64,000 nucleotides of DNA, taken from an uncultured delta proteobacterium. Lineage in GTDB: Bacteria; Desulfobacterota; WTBG01. Where the stretch lies: contig CAWCBP010000001.1 of the NCBI GenBank assembly GCA_963793865.1, positions 736,001-800,000 on the forward strand. Direction: 5' to 3'. Position numbers and translations under genes: made by a program. Within the stretch, counting starts at the first letter, position 1, and every line of letters begins with the position of its first letter. The notes beneath the pieces were generated by a model. It ran no database searches, was not told the origin of the DNA, and worked only from the letters and a program-made list of their open reading frames with translations. Below, one piece after another: positions 39,796 through 51,815 of the stretch.

Positions 39796-40391
39796 GCGCT
39801 TCTTCTTTTCCTGGCCCAAAGAAGGTAGGAAACAAATAATACGATAACTACAATAATGGCCTGGTTATAGTGTTTGAGAATGGTCAAAACCAGCCGCCAA
39901 TTTTTCCCCAGGTAGTAACCGCCGCATAGTAAGAAGGAGTTCCATAGCAGGCTGCTCAAAGCGGCGGCAGCGGCGGTAGTCGCAAATTTCATGTTGGAGA
40001 TACCGGCAAAAAGTGCAACTGCCGAGCGGACGCCGGGAATAAAACGATTGGCGGCAATAAGGCCGATGCCGCAGTTCTGAAACCAACCCTCAACCTGTAA
40101 GATCATCTCCCTGGAGAGAAAACGGTAATTTTTCTTGAAAAAAAACTCCCTTCCGTAATGTTTTCCAAGAAAAAAGAGCGATAGAAACCCGATCATACTT
40201 CCTGCCAGAGATATAAGGTAGACGGTTAGGAAATCAAGCTTTCCCGTCCCGGCAAGATAGGCGCCAATAACCATAATGGTATCAGCGGGAAAGGGCGGAA
40301 GGGGGTATTCAATGAAGGCATTGATGAGAAGAAAACAGTAGATGGTTTCGTTGGACAGGGCGTTAAGAGTGACCAGGGCTTGCTCGATCAT
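39792..40391 (-). CDS. DedA family membrane protein
   Basis: PPFPAD, RFIPGVRS, GYYLG. Confidence 0.88.
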   Translation of the reverse strand: MIEQALVTLNALSNETIYCFLLINAFIEYPLPPFPADTIMVIGAYLAGTGKLDFLTVYLISLAGSMIGFLSLFFLGKHYGREFFFKKNYRFLSREMILQVEGWFQNCGIGLIAANRFIPGVRSAVALFAGISNMKFATTAAAAALSSLLWNSFLLCGGYYLGKNWRLVLTILKHYNQAIIVVIVLFVSYLLWARKRRSA

Positions 40392-40621
40392 TCGCTTTTT
40401 TCTTTCATGAGAATTATTAACATCATTTGCAGTATGGTTTTACACCTTATACGAAAGCTAGGCAATAAGCAAATGAAAGTGCTGCAGGTCTTTTCTGTGA
40501 ATAATCAGATTCACGAATCCTAATGGGGAAATCGGCTTTACGCGCTTCATCTTATATGCTATAGAATCGATATCATTATAGATTGCAACGTTGTCATTTT
40601 ATTCAGCGGGAGACAGTGCTT

Positions 40622-40981
40622 ATGGATGAGAGAAGAAAGTATATCCGTTTTCCTCTCAAGCTGGATGCGCGGTATACGGAAAAAAATGGTGACAACTGGA
40701 AGGAGTGCTCTGTCATTGATATCAGCCGTGAGGGAATGGGAATCAGTATTTATTCCAGGGAGGCAATCAGCAAAGGTGCCCAGCTGCGAATGAAGATAAC
40801 TGTTCCTGTTCTGACCAATCCGGTTGAAGTGGAAGGTGTCTTGATCTGGATACGGGAACTGACAGAAGATCCACAGTTTAATTACATCGGGGGAGTTAGA
40901 TTAATCAGTATAAGTGCTGATGATAAATGGGCGCTTATGGATTATGCATACGAGGGTTGGCAGCAGAAAGAGGGTAAGTAG
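40622..40981 (+). CDS. PilZ domain protein
   Basis: RRKYIR and DISREG c-di-GMP motifs. Confidence 0.85.
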   Translation: MDERRKYIRFPLKLDARYTEKNGDNWKECSVIDISREGMGISIYSREAISKGAQLRMKITVPVLTNPVEVEGVLIWIRELTEDPQFNYIGGVRLISISADDKWALMDYAYEGWQQKEGK

Positions 40982-41007
40982 TGTAAAAAAATGGAGGAGA
41001 AAAGCGC

Positions 41008-41556
41008 ATGCCTAAGCTCATAGTGCCTCACGCGAATGAGCGGCAAAAGGAAATATTCAAAAAATTTAACATTACGCTGCTGGATTCCATAAGCGAAACG
41101 GAATTTGAGGAGGAAGTCTCACACTACCTTGGCAGTCACAACGTCCTGCACCTTGCCACCTGCCGCGGCGTCGAGCCCCGATCGACACCTTTGGAATACT
41201 TCAATAACGGGCTGACCGTGCATATCTTTTCTGAAGGCGGGGGGAAATTCGCCAATTTGAAGGAGAATAACAATGTGTGCTATTCCATCGCGGATCCATA
41301 TGAACCGGGGGAGAACTACTTCGGTGCCGTTGGATTGCAGGTGTGGGGAGTCGCATCCACGTTTAAGAAGAATGATAATCCCGCGCGATGCGAAGAGATA
41401 GCGCGGTATTCAAGGATTGGCGATGCGCTGAAAAAGCAGGGACTTGACCAGTTTGCGAGCAGGGTTAACTATAATGTGATTACCATTGAGCCGCTGAAGA
41501 TCCGCTACCTCAATCTGATGAAAGGCTTCCGCAATGTCCTGTGGGAAAAAGGGTAG
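41008..41556 (+). CDS. Pyridoxamine 5'-phosphate oxidase-like (split-barrel flavin-binding) protein
   Basis: LHLATC...PRSTPLEY...KFANLKENNNV. Confidence 0.75.
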   Translation: MPKLIVPHANERQKEIFKKFNITLLDSISETEFEEEVSHYLGSHNVLHLATCRGVEPRSTPLEYFNNGLTVHIFSEGGGKFANLKENNNVCYSIADPYEPGENYFGAVGLQVWGVASTFKKNDNPARCEEIARYSRIGDALKKQGLDQFASRVNYNVITIEPLKIRYLNLMKGFRNVLWEKG

Positions 41557-41573
41557 GGGTTGTGGATGTTTTT

Positions 41574-42782
41574 CTACCGCGTCCGTACCAGCACTATTTT
41601 ATCATGATAGATGGGGCTTTCACGGGTGAGGTTGTTGAGCGCTAAAAAATCTGACAGCTCCATATTGTACGCTTTAGCAATGCTGTACGCTGTGTCTCCT
41701 TCCTTAATGGTGTAGGCCTGCGTATCTTTTTTTCCTTCGGGTTGGGTGATGATATCTTCAGTCCTAATAAGGCTGGCGGTAACCACATCTTTTTTTATGC
41801 TTTCCGGCGAGAAGGCAAGATCGTTTAAATTTCTGATGCTGCATTTCTTGAGATTGTCGTTTGCAGTTTCATAGAAGGCCGGCTTCAGGACAATGGCATC
41901 TTCGAAGCACTTTTGGGCCTTGTCATGGTCGCCCGCCACCAGGTACATGCTGCCGAGGTTATTAAATGCCTGCGCTTCATCTCCCCCCTTCTTGAAGGCT
42001 TCAAATGCCTCCCGTTTTCTTCCGGTCATAAACAGTGCAAATCCCAGGTTGTTAAAAACCTTATCTTCCGTGTAGCCGGCTTTGACGGCCCTGTTTAAGC
42101 TGTCGATGGCGTTTTGATAGTCCCCGGTCATCGAATAGGAAAGGCCCATATTGTTATATACTACCCCGCTGTCTTTCTTGATGGCCAGTGCCTTTTCATA
42201 TTCAGCTATGGCCAGGGGGTGGTTTTTTTCGGCGTCATAGATAATGCCCAGCAGGTTATGTGCGCTCCAGAGCGTGCCGTTCAGGTTTACTGCTTTCAGC
42301 AGGTGTTCCTTTGCCTTCTCGTGCTGATTGAGCTGAAAATACGAGTGCCCCAATCCCTTGTGGGCCAGGGCGTGGTCGGGTTCTTCCTGGAGCACCTTGT
42401 CAAAGGACGCGATCGCGTCATTGTTCAGGCCTTCAATCAGAAAGAGGAGACCTTTCTTGTAATGAATGTTTGTGTTATTCGGGTCTTTCTGCAATGCCTT
42501 TTCGTAGTGGGTAAAGGTGTTGATCGGGTCCCCTTTGCTGAGATAAATGTCGCCCAGCCGTTCATATTCTGCTGCTGTAAGGTCAGCAGGCGGAGTTGCT
42601 TCGGCGCTGGATCGCTTCCCCTGAGCCTGAGATTCAACAAGCTTGCGTATCTGTTTGCTGTCCTGATCATACTCGGATTTGCGCATTGCTTTGTCATGCG
42701 AAGACAACCGATCAGAAAAGAAACAGCAATGTATAGCTATTCCAACAAACACGTAGACACCTTTGTTTGCTGATGCCTTCAC
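41574..42782 (-). CDS. TadD-like TPR protein with C-terminal LysM domain
   Basis: About 7 TPRs (NNLG motifs), YTIKEGDTAYSIAKAY LysM; GGAGG then GTG 42782; last gene of the tad operon. Confidence 0.8.
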   Translation of the reverse strand: MKASANKGVYVFVGIAIHCCFFSDRLSSHDKAMRKSEYDQDSKQIRKLVESQAQGKRSSAEATPPADLTAAEYERLGDIYLSKGDPINTFTHYEKALQKDPNNTNIHYKKGLLFLIEGLNNDAIASFDKVLQEEPDHALAHKGLGHSYFQLNQHEKAKEHLLKAVNLNGTLWSAHNLLGIIYDAEKNHPLAIAEYEKALAIKKDSGVVYNNMGLSYSMTGDYQNAIDSLNRAVKAGYTEDKVFNNLGFALFMTGRKREAFEAFKKGGDEAQAFNNLGSMYLVAGDHDKAQKCFEDAIVLKPAFYETANDNLKKCSIRNLNDLAFSPESIKKDVVTASLIRTEDIITQPEGKKDTQAYTIKEGDTAYSIAKAYNMELSDFLALNNLTRESPIYHDKIVLVRTR

Positions 42783-42838
42783 CGGGTCACCTCCAATAAT
42801 TAAATAAGATTTTGTACGCGGAGAGGCTACGAGATAAG

Positions 42839-43788
42839 TTAAACTGCTTGAAGCAGTCGTATTATAGGCGGTCCTAAAATGACCACAAAAAGAGCCGGAA
42901 AAATGCAAAAGATCAGCACAAGGATCAATTTAAGCGGCATTTTTGCAGCCACCTCTTCGGCCTTAAGGTAGCGTTTGGTTCTGAAGGTATCTGAGTAAAC
43001 CCTCAGGGCATTTCCCACGCTGGTGCCGAACTTGTCTGCCTGGATTAATAGGGTTACCAGGCTGTTAATGTCTTCGAGGTCGGTCCGCAAGGCCAGATTT
43101 TTGAGCGCGTCCTGCCGTGATTTGCCCGCGGTTAATTCAAGATTGTACATTTTCAGCTCATCACTCAGGTCCCTGTTGGTGAGCCTGATTTCCTGCGCCA
43201 CCCGGTTGATGGTTGCGTCCAGACCCATACCGGCTTCCACGCTCACTGTCATAAGATCAAGCGCGTCGGGAAGTCCCCTGCCGATCCTTTCCTTCCTGCG
43301 GGCGGTTTTGATGCTCAGCCAGAGATCGGGCAGGTAAAAACCAATCATGGCAATAAGCACGCACACACCATGCTTGTGTATGGATTGAAAATGCGCAGGA
43401 TTGTCACGCGGGTTAAAATGAAGGTTGTGGAAGCACAATTGAAAGAAAGCACTTGGTTCCCCAGAACAGAGCCCGGGTATTCGGTCGTGTAAGACCGGCT
43501 CTGAGAAAGGTGAGCCTCAGATGGGAGTAATCAGCTTCCTTGCCGCCTGATGCCCATCTGCCCAGCACACCTAAATAATGCAGGAAAGGGATATTTTCAC
43601 TTCCTTCCCTGGTAATGGAAGCCGACTCTGAGAGCGAATCCGGAAATTCGTCCCGGTTCCAGTGGATCTTTTTTGACCATCTCACGGCTTTTGTTGGTTC
43701 TGCCAACATAGGCAAAGATGCCCCAGGATAAAAGCAAGCAGGAGAAAAAAGCCAGTATCGAGATGATAAGAGGCATTGAAGTAGGCAT
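42839..43788 (-). CDS. tadC: Tad inner-membrane platform protein TadC (two frameshifts)
   Basis: LPDALDLMTVSVEAGMGL, QADKFGTS, AEEVAAKMP; N-terminus in ORFs 43597-43788 and 43413-43715. Confidence 0.85.
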
Positions 43789-43800
43789 AATATTTCCTCT

Positions 43801-44768
43801 TTAGATGTTAATGGAAATTAACTTGCGTATGAGCACGACGCCCAGTAATGCCATTGATATGGCAATGGTCATTAGGATCTTTCCTACCGGTTCGGATGTT
43901 AATGTGTCTAGATAGTCTGGTTGCAGTATTTGAAGGTATGCAATAATAAGCAGTGGAATGGCAATGAGAATTGCTGCTGAGAATTTGCCTTCGGCTGATA
44001 AAACGCGAACCTTGTCTCTGAACTTGAAGCGTTCACGAATGATTCGGGCGATGCTATCCATGATTTCAGAAAGATTGCCGCCTGTATCCCGCTGGAGTAT
44101 AACGGAGGCAGTGAAATAACGCAGGTCGGGTAAATCGACGCGATTAAGAAGGTTTTTCAGGGCGTCGTTGGTGCTGATGCCAAAATTAATTTCATCCAGT
44201 GTCTTCTCAAATTCCGTGCCCAATGGATCATCAAAGTTTTCCGCTGCCAGTTTCATGCTTCCGGTAAAGGCATGACCTGCGCGCAGGGCGCGGGATAAAA
44301 ATTCCATTCCCTCCGGGAGCTGCTGCTCGAATTTTTTCATTCGCCCTTTTTTTTCATGCGAATGTACATATAGGGGATGGACGCCACAAGTACGGCAAAC
44401 AGAAACGGAATGCTTTGATTGCGCATCATCATCGAAGCGGCGTAATAACCCGTAAACAGGAGAACAAGAGACAGGAGCATAAAGAAGCCGAGGGGGTAGT
44501 TCAGGTTCGCCTGCTGAATGAGCCGGTCAAAGTGCAGAATGCCGGGTATTCTCCACAAAAGGTCGTTCAGAAACTTGACGTTACTTAATACTTTTTTCCT
44601 GAGAAGGTCGGAAGGCTCGCTGCCGGTAATCGCTGTAGAGTACTTCTGAATCTTATCCCGGATCGCTTCCCGGCTCAGCGACTTTCTCCTGCCCAGGTAA
44701 CGCAGGCTCTCAACAAGGCATATGGCAATGATAAAAAACAGGATAAAATGAACGATGAGAAAGTTCAT
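43801..44768 (-). CDS. tadB: Tad inner-membrane platform protein TadB (frameshift at homopolymer 44347-44354)
   Basis: FEQQLPE, ALRAGH, QRDTGGNLSE, VRVLSAEG. Confidence 0.88.
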
Positions 44769-44785
44769 TGGTTGTACCTCGGATG

Positions 44786-46128
44786 TCAGATTTTCATCAC
44801 GTTGTTTGGATCAAAAAGACTGTTGCTTACCTTGATGCCTGTAGCCGTGAATTTATCAATAAACCGGGGCTTAACGCCATGAAACCGGTAGATGCCTCGA
44901 ACCTTGTTTTCCGCGTCTATGGTCGTCTGCTCGAAGGAGAAGATTTCCTGCAGTGAAATGACATTGCCTTCCATGCCGGTAAGCTCCTGAACGCTGATCA
45001 CTTTTCTGGTGCCGTCGGTCAGGCGCTGCAGGTGAATCAGCACATCGAGTGCGGAGCTTACGTATTTCCGTATAAAATCCAGCGGGATTTCAAAGCTGGC
45101 CATGGCCACCATGCTTTCCAGCCTCATGAGTGCATCACGGGGGGAATTGGCATGAATGGTGGTGAGCGATCCGTCATGGCCGGTGTTCATGGCCTGGAGC
45201 ATGTCAAATGCCTCCTGGCCGCGGACCTCCCCCACAACAATGCGGTCTGGCCTCATTCTGAGGCTGTTTCTCACCAGGTCGCGCTGGGTAATCTCGCCTT
45301 TGCCTTCAATGTTGGACGGGCGCGTTTCCAGCCTGATAACGTGCTCCTGCTTGAGCTGCAGTTCCGAGGAATCTTCGATAGTAATGATGCGCTCGTCGGC
45401 GGGAATGAAGCGGGAAAGCACGTTCAGCAGGGTGGTTTTGCCGCTCCCGGTACCTCCCGAAATCAGGACATTAAGCCGCGCCTTCACAATTCCCTTCAGA
45501 ATTTCACCGATTTCCGGGGTTAGGGTTTGAAAATTAACAAGATCTTCCATCTCATAGGGGTCTGCGGCAAAACGCCTGATGGAAAGGATGGGGCCGTCTA
45601 TTGCCAGCGGGGGAATGATGGCGTTTACCCGGGACCCATCCCTAAGCCGCGCATCCACCATGGGCGAGGACTCATCGATACGCCTGCCTACGAAGGAAAC
45701 GATCTTGTCGATGATTTTCATGAGATGGGCATTGTCCTTAAAACGCGCGTCGGTTGAGGTCGAGCTTGCCGTAGCGTTCCACGTAGATCTGATTGTAGGT
45801 GTTGACCAGTATATCAGATACCGAGGGGTCCTGAATGAAAGGTTCAATCGGTCCCAGTCCCAGCACTTCATTCTGGATTTCGGTGATGAGCAATTCGATT
45901 TCAACCGAATTCAGGGGCACCCCATGGCCGTCTTCGCGAAGAATGCTTTCAACCAGTCTCCTGATCTGGGATTTGATAATGCCATGTTCGAGCTTTTCAA
46001 TCATGGTCAGATCAATGAGATCCAGCAGCCGATCGTGAATTTTATGTCTTCAGCTCAAAATATTCCTCGGGAATATTTTTCTTAAACTCCCGTTCCGAAA
46101 TGGTCTTGACGCCCGTTTTCTCGTACAT
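44786..46128 (-). CDS. cpaF: Tad secretion ATPase CpaF/TadA (two frameshifts)
   Basis: [45 protein letters not shown]. Confidence 0.92.
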
Positions 46129-46146
46129 GGCTTCATCCTCACTGGT

Positions 46147-47334
46147 TTAGGCAGTCACCTGCTTGTTCTTCGGTGTGTCCTTGCCCCTGAGGGCACTCCA
46201 CCATTTTTTCTCCGTTTTTAATTCTCCTGCCGCGATGCGGTCGGCCAGATCTTTGAAGCTCTTGGTTATGGCGGCATTTTTGGCGATCTGGGACAGGGCT
46301 TTCCCCTGGTTTATGGCCGTGAGCGTGGTCCGGTAATCATTGGGTATGGTCCAGAAAATTTTCTTACTGATGCCGTTTTCAGCGTCATCAAGAGAGATCT
46401 CAGAAGATTTTATGTAGCGGTTCATCACCACCTTGATCAGTTTATCCACCGGGTAGCCGAGATTGAGAAGCGACCGCAGCAGCTTGTCAATATTTGAAAG
46501 GCAGGGCAGGGTGAGCACTGCGGTAAGGAGCACCGTGTCGGACGCCGCAAGCAGCTTTAAGAACATTGGATTGAGCGGATGCCCGCCGTCGATAATCACG
46601 TAGTCAAACATCCGGCTCATCAGTTCAAGTATGCGGTCCATGACCTTGGGGTCAAGAGCATCATTATGGTCAAAGTGCCGGGGAGATGGCAGCACGTAAA
46701 CTCCGGCAGAGGATTTGGAAAGGGCGTTCATCAGAAAGGTATTATCCAGGCGCGATACCTGCTTGGTAATTTCACTTAAATCATGCTTCGGCTTGATTTC
46801 AAGAAAAAGCGGCACCTCCCCGAAGAGCATGTTCATATCTACCAATGCCACGGACTTGACGCCTTTCTTTTCTGCCAGGCTGGCAGCCAGGTTTACCGCC
46901 ACCGTGGTGGTACCGACGCCTCCCTTGGCGCCAATTACATTGATGATGTGGCCGGGCGTTATGGGCACCACGGTCGATGATTTGTCCTGCCTTACTATGA
47001 AGCGTTCCAGCGCCTCCCTGATTTCTTCTTCATTGAACGGCTGAATGATGAATTCCTTTACGCCGGTCCTGATGGCCCGCATGAGCAGATCCTGGTCAGC
47101 CTGCGCGGAGGTTAAGAAGACCTCATCCACTTCCTTGGCGTGAAGCAGGGATTCAACGTGATTGAATGATTCATCGGCATTGGTCCCGATTTCATACATG
47201 AGGAGGTTGACATGTTGTGTATCGTTCGGGTCTTGAACATGCAGGCCGTCGATGCTTCGTACCATGGATTCAAGAAGATTTCTCGCGCTTTTGTTTTTTA
47301 TTTGCAGCTTAACCGTAAGGCTGTTAAGTAACAT
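46147..47334 (-). CDS. cpaE: CpaE/TadZ (atypical receiver + MinD-like ATPase)
   Basis: GAKGGVGTTTVAVNLA; position in tad operon. Confidence 0.88.
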   Translation of the reverse strand: MLLNSLTVKLQIKNKSARNLLESMVRSIDGLHVQDPNDTQHVNLLMYEIGTNADESFNHVESLLHAKEVDEVFLTSAQADQDLLMRAIRTGVKEFIIQPFNEEEIREALERFIVRQDKSSTVVPITPGHIINVIGAKGGVGTTTVAVNLAASLAEKKGVKSVALVDMNMLFGEVPLFLEIKPKHDLSEITKQVSRLDNTFLMNALSKSSAGVYVLPSPRHFDHNDALDPKVMDRILELMSRMFDYVIIDGGHPLNPMFLKLLAASDTVLLTAVLTLPCLSNIDKLLRSLLNLGYPVDKLIKVVMNRYIKSSEISLDDAENGISKKIFWTIPNDYRTTLTAINQGKALSQIAKNAAITKSFKDLADRIAAGELKTEKKWWSALRGKDTPKNKQVTA

Positions 47335-47390
47335 GTAATTCCTCCCGCTTGGTAAGCGCTGATGATATGAAACATTCAGTAGTTGTGAGC

Positions 47391-48629
47391 CTATTGCACC
47401 AGGACCGGAATCCGCGCCAGAATGCCGAAATTGTGTCCCCCGCTCGTACCCGCAGGCTCGTGCGGCGTGCAGTCAGGCAGGAAGTATATCGACTTGTTTG
47501 CATAGGGCGCAGGGCTACCATCAACATTTTTAAGCTGGAAATGCTCCGCGAAACTGTTCCAGCGGACCAGGCCATCGGGATTATCGTTGGCCCAGCTTGA
47601 CACAACATTTTCTATCCCGGCCATTTGCGTTGGGACATTATTGTATTGAGGATCATTCTCTTCCGTAATCCATATGATGTTAAGGTTAACCGCACCCCGC
47701 AATTCCTGACACACGTTCATGTTATTATCCGGACAGTTGACAACAGGAAGGGTAACGTTCCAGGGCTGGGTCCTCCCGGAATTTGACGTCCAGCAGTTTA
47801 TCAGCTCATTAAAGGCACTCTGAATTTCTCCGCCATTAGTGCCCATATCAGCACCAAGCCGCAGAATCTCCGGGTTGCCGTCTCCGCAGATGAGCCCCCT
47901 GACTTCCTGTGAATTGGTACCGCCGGTACAGGCATCATCCTGGTTAAAATTGGTCCATCCCCCGGTTTCGCTGCTGGCCACATTCTGGCCGCTGTTGATC
48001 ATTCTTCCAACGTTACAGGTATATTCATCATTCTGCTGTATGCTCTCCTGGCAGACAACAATTGGCTGGTCAACGTCGAAAGGAGCCAGGGTTCCGGCAA
48101 ATCCGCGATAGGCCACAGCTTCAGCGCTCAGCTCAAAGCCGTCATAGCCGAAGATGCGGGCGAAAAACGCTTCAGCTGGTGTCGCCTCCCGTCGTGCCCT
48201 GACCCGGACGGCATTGATAAAGTTCAGATTGCGGTCCAATTCCTCATCGGATACATTCCAGAGGTCAACCGCCGCGGTTGCATCATTGGGAGTAAAGGTG
48301 CGGTTGTAAAAGCTCCAGTGACCCCGTTCCACATCACCTGCATTCCCGCCGCCCCAGTTTACTTCAACCGGTATGTTTTCACTCAGGTTTGCCGTGGCGG
48401 CATCGTAGCCATCCTGATTTGCCAGTGTATTTACGGCCGTGCCCTCATCGTCGTATAGAAAACGGGCTGCTGCAAGCGCACCTGCGTCGGCGGCATTTTG
48501 CAGCTCGTTTCTGACCACATAGATATGTGCCACGTCAATTCCCAATGCTGCAAAGCAGATAAGGGGAAACAGGATCAGTGCAACCACCAGTGCCGTTACA
48601 CCCCGTTCATGACTGTTATGTGTTCGCAT
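47391..48629 (-). CDS. tadG: TadG-like pseudopilin/adhesin
   Basis: ERGVTALVVAL, LGID, ELQNAADAGALAAA. Confidence 0.82.
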   Translation of the reverse strand: MRTHNSHERGVTALVVALILFPLICFAALGIDVAHIYVVRNELQNAADAGALAAARFLYDDEGTAVNTLANQDGYDAATANLSENIPVEVNWGGGNAGDVERGHWSFYNRTFTPNDATAAVDLWNVSDEELDRNLNFINAVRVRARREATPAEAFFARIFGYDGFELSAEAVAYRGFAGTLAPFDVDQPIVVCQESIQQNDEYTCNVGRMINSGQNVASSETGGWTNFNQDDACTGGTNSQEVRGLICGDGNPEILRLGADMGTNGGEIQSAFNELINCWTSNSGRTQPWNVTLPVVNCPDNNMNVCQELRGAVNLNIIWITEENDPQYNNVPTQMAGIENVVSSWANDNPDGLVRWNSFAEHFQLKNVDGSPAPYANKSIYFLPDCTPHEPAGTSGGHNFGILARIPVLVQ

Positions 48630-48656
48630 GGCAACTCCTGTCCGCGGCGGAGGAAA

Positions 48657-49091
48657 TTACTCCATTCGCATCACGGTTTCAGCCTCCATGGTTATGCCCG
48701 GGGCGAGGGAGGTTATAAAATTGGGCAGCACCAGAAAGTTATAGGTATAGGTAACCCGGACCGTGAGGGGGTCACCGGCGGCGTCTCCGGCTCTGGAAAT
48801 TTGCGTGCTGATATCGGATGCGCCACCAAGGCTGATCATGTTGTCGCTGCAATACCTGTTCACCGCATCCAAGATGTCACTGTTGCCTCTGCGGGGATCG
48901 TCATACACTATGCCCGCCCGCGCTCCCTCACGGCTGGCATTGGTAATCACCGCCTTGTCATACAGTGCCGTTGTGAATTCAATCGCACCGAAGATAAGTA
49001 AGACAAGCGGCAGCAGGATAAGCGCAAATTCAACGGCAGCCACACCCTTCTGATCGCGCATCGTTTTTTTCACGGTTTTTCTCCCGGTCAT
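48657..49091 (-). CDS. tadE: TadE-like pseudopilin
   Basis: QKGVAAVEFALILLP, ASREGARAG. Confidence 0.88.
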   Translation of the reverse strand: MTGRKTVKKTMRDQKGVAAVEFALILLPLVLLIFGAIEFTTALYDKAVITNASREGARAGIVYDDPRRGNSDILDAVNRYCSDNMISLGGASDISTQISRAGDAAGDPLTVRVTYTYNFLVLPNFITSLAPGITMEAETVMRME

Positions 49092-49096
49092 TATTT

Positions 49097-49387
49097 TTAC
49101 TTCTCACCTATGCCTTCTATATTTCCCAGGCGAAGATTATAGGTGGTATCCTTATCCTCGCTGCCACACCCCTGCTGATAGCCCTCCATTGCCTGTTCGG
49201 CTGCAATCCCGTCCAAACCAACAACCGGCTCGAGATTCTTTGAGGCATCAGGGTTTGCTGTCTGGTTTTGTTTGACAGATTCATAGGCACTGCCCCAGTT
49301 TTTCTTCAGCGTATCGTGGCCACAGGCGGCGAACGCGAACGAAATCATGAAGATGACTGCCACTATGCCTGCACATTTATTCTTCAT
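49097..49387 (-). CDS. Tad-associated small lipoprotein
   Basis: GGAGG RBS, lipobox FAAC, QTANPDA...GLDG. Confidence 0.7.
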   Translation of the reverse strand: MKNKCAGIVAVIFMISFAFAACGHDTLKKNWGSAYESVKQNQTANPDASKNLEPVVGLDGIAAEQAMEGYQQGCGSEDKDTTYNLRLGNIEGIGEK

Positions 49388-49448
49388 TGCTTCCTCCTTA
49401 TAACTCATGAGGTTGGGCGTAATTAATTGATTCTCACTATCCTAAAGG

Positions 49449-50874
49449 TTATTCCGTTACCGGGATGGCCGGGCCAAAATCGCCATCCAGTTCACCTTTG
49501 AGCATGACATCATTTTCTTTTCCTTCCATAAAGCCCCAGAGGTAGATGTCCCAATCGTCGGGCTCTATGTAGTAGTCAGTGGGAAGTGCCTGCTTTGCCA
49601 TATTCAGGGGTTTTACCAGCCGTGGTGTAACCACGATGACCAGTTCCGTTTCCTGCTTCTGAAAAGACCGGCTCCGGAAGAGTGAACCTAAAATGGGAAT
49701 TTCTCCCAGTTTCGGATATCTGCTGAAGCTATCCCGCACCGTCTCGCTTAAAAGACCGGCGATGGCAAAGCTCTGGCCGTCAGCAAGGTCTACGGTCGTT
49801 GCTGCCCGCCTGGTTATTAACCCTGGTATTAAGAAGCCTTCCACCACCACAGCTGTGGAGTAATCAAGATCAGATACTTCCGGGGCAACATTAATGCTGA
49901 TTTTATTGTTCTCAAGCACGGTCGGTGTGAAGGAAAGACCGACTCCGTATGACTTATACTCGATTCCAACCGTACCCAGGCCCTGGGGGATAGGTACCGG
50001 AAATTCACCGCCCGCCAGGAAATTGGCTGTCTGGCCGCTTAAGGCAATGAGTGTAGGTTCTGCCATAACTTTCAGCATGCCGTCTTCTTTAAGTGCATCA
50101 ATGAAGCCGGTCCAGCTTGAGTTGCCCTTGTTGAAGCGGAAAAAGGCATTAACAGCGGGAGATAACAAAGAGCCCAAGGGGGCCTGCTGCCAGGTTTGCA
50201 TCCTGCGGCTGAACCAGCCGTACCAGGTTGTTTACAAAGCCGGCCGCGAAATCATTGTTGTTGGTGTAGGTAAAATTGACCCCCAGCTGTTTCAGAAGCT
50301 GTTTGGAGACCTCCGCAACCCTTACTTCAAGCATCACCTGCTGTATTCCAGCCACCTCAAGCAGATTGCGCACGCTTCCCTTTGGTGCATATGCTTCTGC
50401 CAGGGATATCGCCTGCGAAAGGTTGGCGGTGCTGGAGATTCTGCCCGAGAGGGTGATTGAGTTTCCGGTTGAAAAAACCTGCATGTCCTTCTCATCAGGC
50501 AGCAGCGATGCCAGCTTCTGTTTCAGCCCGGCTATATCATAGCCGACCTCCAGATCATATACGGAGACTACTTTGCCGTCCTGCCAGAGGGTAAGGTTTG
50601 TTGCACCGACGGATTTGCCGGTAATGTATATTTCTTTAGGTGATATAAGAATGAAATCAGCGATTTCCGGCTGGGCAATCGAAACCCGCTTAGCCGCCTG
50701 GCCGCTTCGTAACGTCAATGATTTGCCCACAGCCAGTTCAATTCGTTCGGCTTCCGTGGTGCTGGAGACAAGGGTGTCACCGCTCATGGCAGAGGTTGTT
50801 AAAACCAGGCTGCAAATGAGAACAAGTATGAAACAGGCTTTTTCACTTAAATTATGACGGTGTAACGTTTTCAT
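49449..50874 (-). CDS. cpaC: Secretin CpaC/RcpA (frameshift near 50150-50200)
   Basis: QQVMLEVRVAEV, AEPTLIALSGQTANFLAGGEFP, PKLGEIPILGSLFRS, ETELVIVVTP. Confidence 0.9.
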
Positions 50875-50925
50875 ATCTGCCCCTCGCTTTCGTGTGCGGT
50901 TGGTGATAGTGTTCACTATAATTCG

Positions 50926-51770
50926 TTAGAAGCTGACCGATCCTGATTGAGAGCCCCTGATAACCTGGACTGTGGTCGCAGCTACCGGGGCCTTCCCAGT
51001 CGCCTTAGGCGCCGCTGTCGCTGCGGGTTTTGTCAAACTGTATGAACTCAGCGCGTCGGGAATGGAGGTGCCTTTTGTATACACTGTCTCACCGTCGGTG
51101 GCGTTTCTCAAAGCAAACTGCAGCTTGCCCTCGGTCGCCGCGAGCGCCAGCTTTTCTCCTTCCTCGGGCGTCACTTCAAGCGTGTACACGTCTACGGGGC
51201 TGTGTCTTTATCACCTTTCCCTTCTTTTGCGACTTCAGTGCCTGTTGCAAGCACCAGGATGTCCTGAAGCACTAATTTGTTAATTTCCCGGTCATCCCGG
51301 GGATCGGTTAAGGTGACCAGCACATCAACCCGGTTGCCGGGCTTTATAAATCCGGAAATACCGATTATCTTATCACCCTTAACCGCGAGTGCCCTTTTCC
51401 CCGGCTTTACAACGGCGGAAATACCTCCGCTGGTGACGGAATTGGGCGCCAGTCTCGATTCAAGAATGGGTTCCTTAAGTTTAAGCGGTGCTATGGCAAC
51501 TCTTCCTTCAAGCTGGGCGACATCGGTAAAATAGTCCGGTGTAACGCTATCCTTGAGAAAGGAGACCATTTGTATATCTTCCTTCTTAAGCTGCGTACCC
51601 CAGGGCAGATCATGCGACGCAACCGCGATTGAAACAGCATCGGCTTTTACTGTAGTCGACCTGAGAGAGGTCTGTTTCTTTATCCAACTGTAGGTAAAGA
51701 TGCTTCCGACCAGCGCGATGATCAGGGCAACTGTGATTGGTAAAAATCCGCTCCATTTATTCATCATCAT
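50926..51770 (-). CDS. cpaB: Flp pilus assembly protein CpaB/RcpC (frameshift at homopolymer near 51196)
   Basis: SAF-like domain, GKRALAV, GFIKPGNRVDVL, TLEVTPEEGEKLALA. Confidence 0.88.
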
Positions 51771-51815
51771 ACTCCTTTTAAAGGGTTAATTGGGTTTGTA
51801 AACGTTCTTATCATG

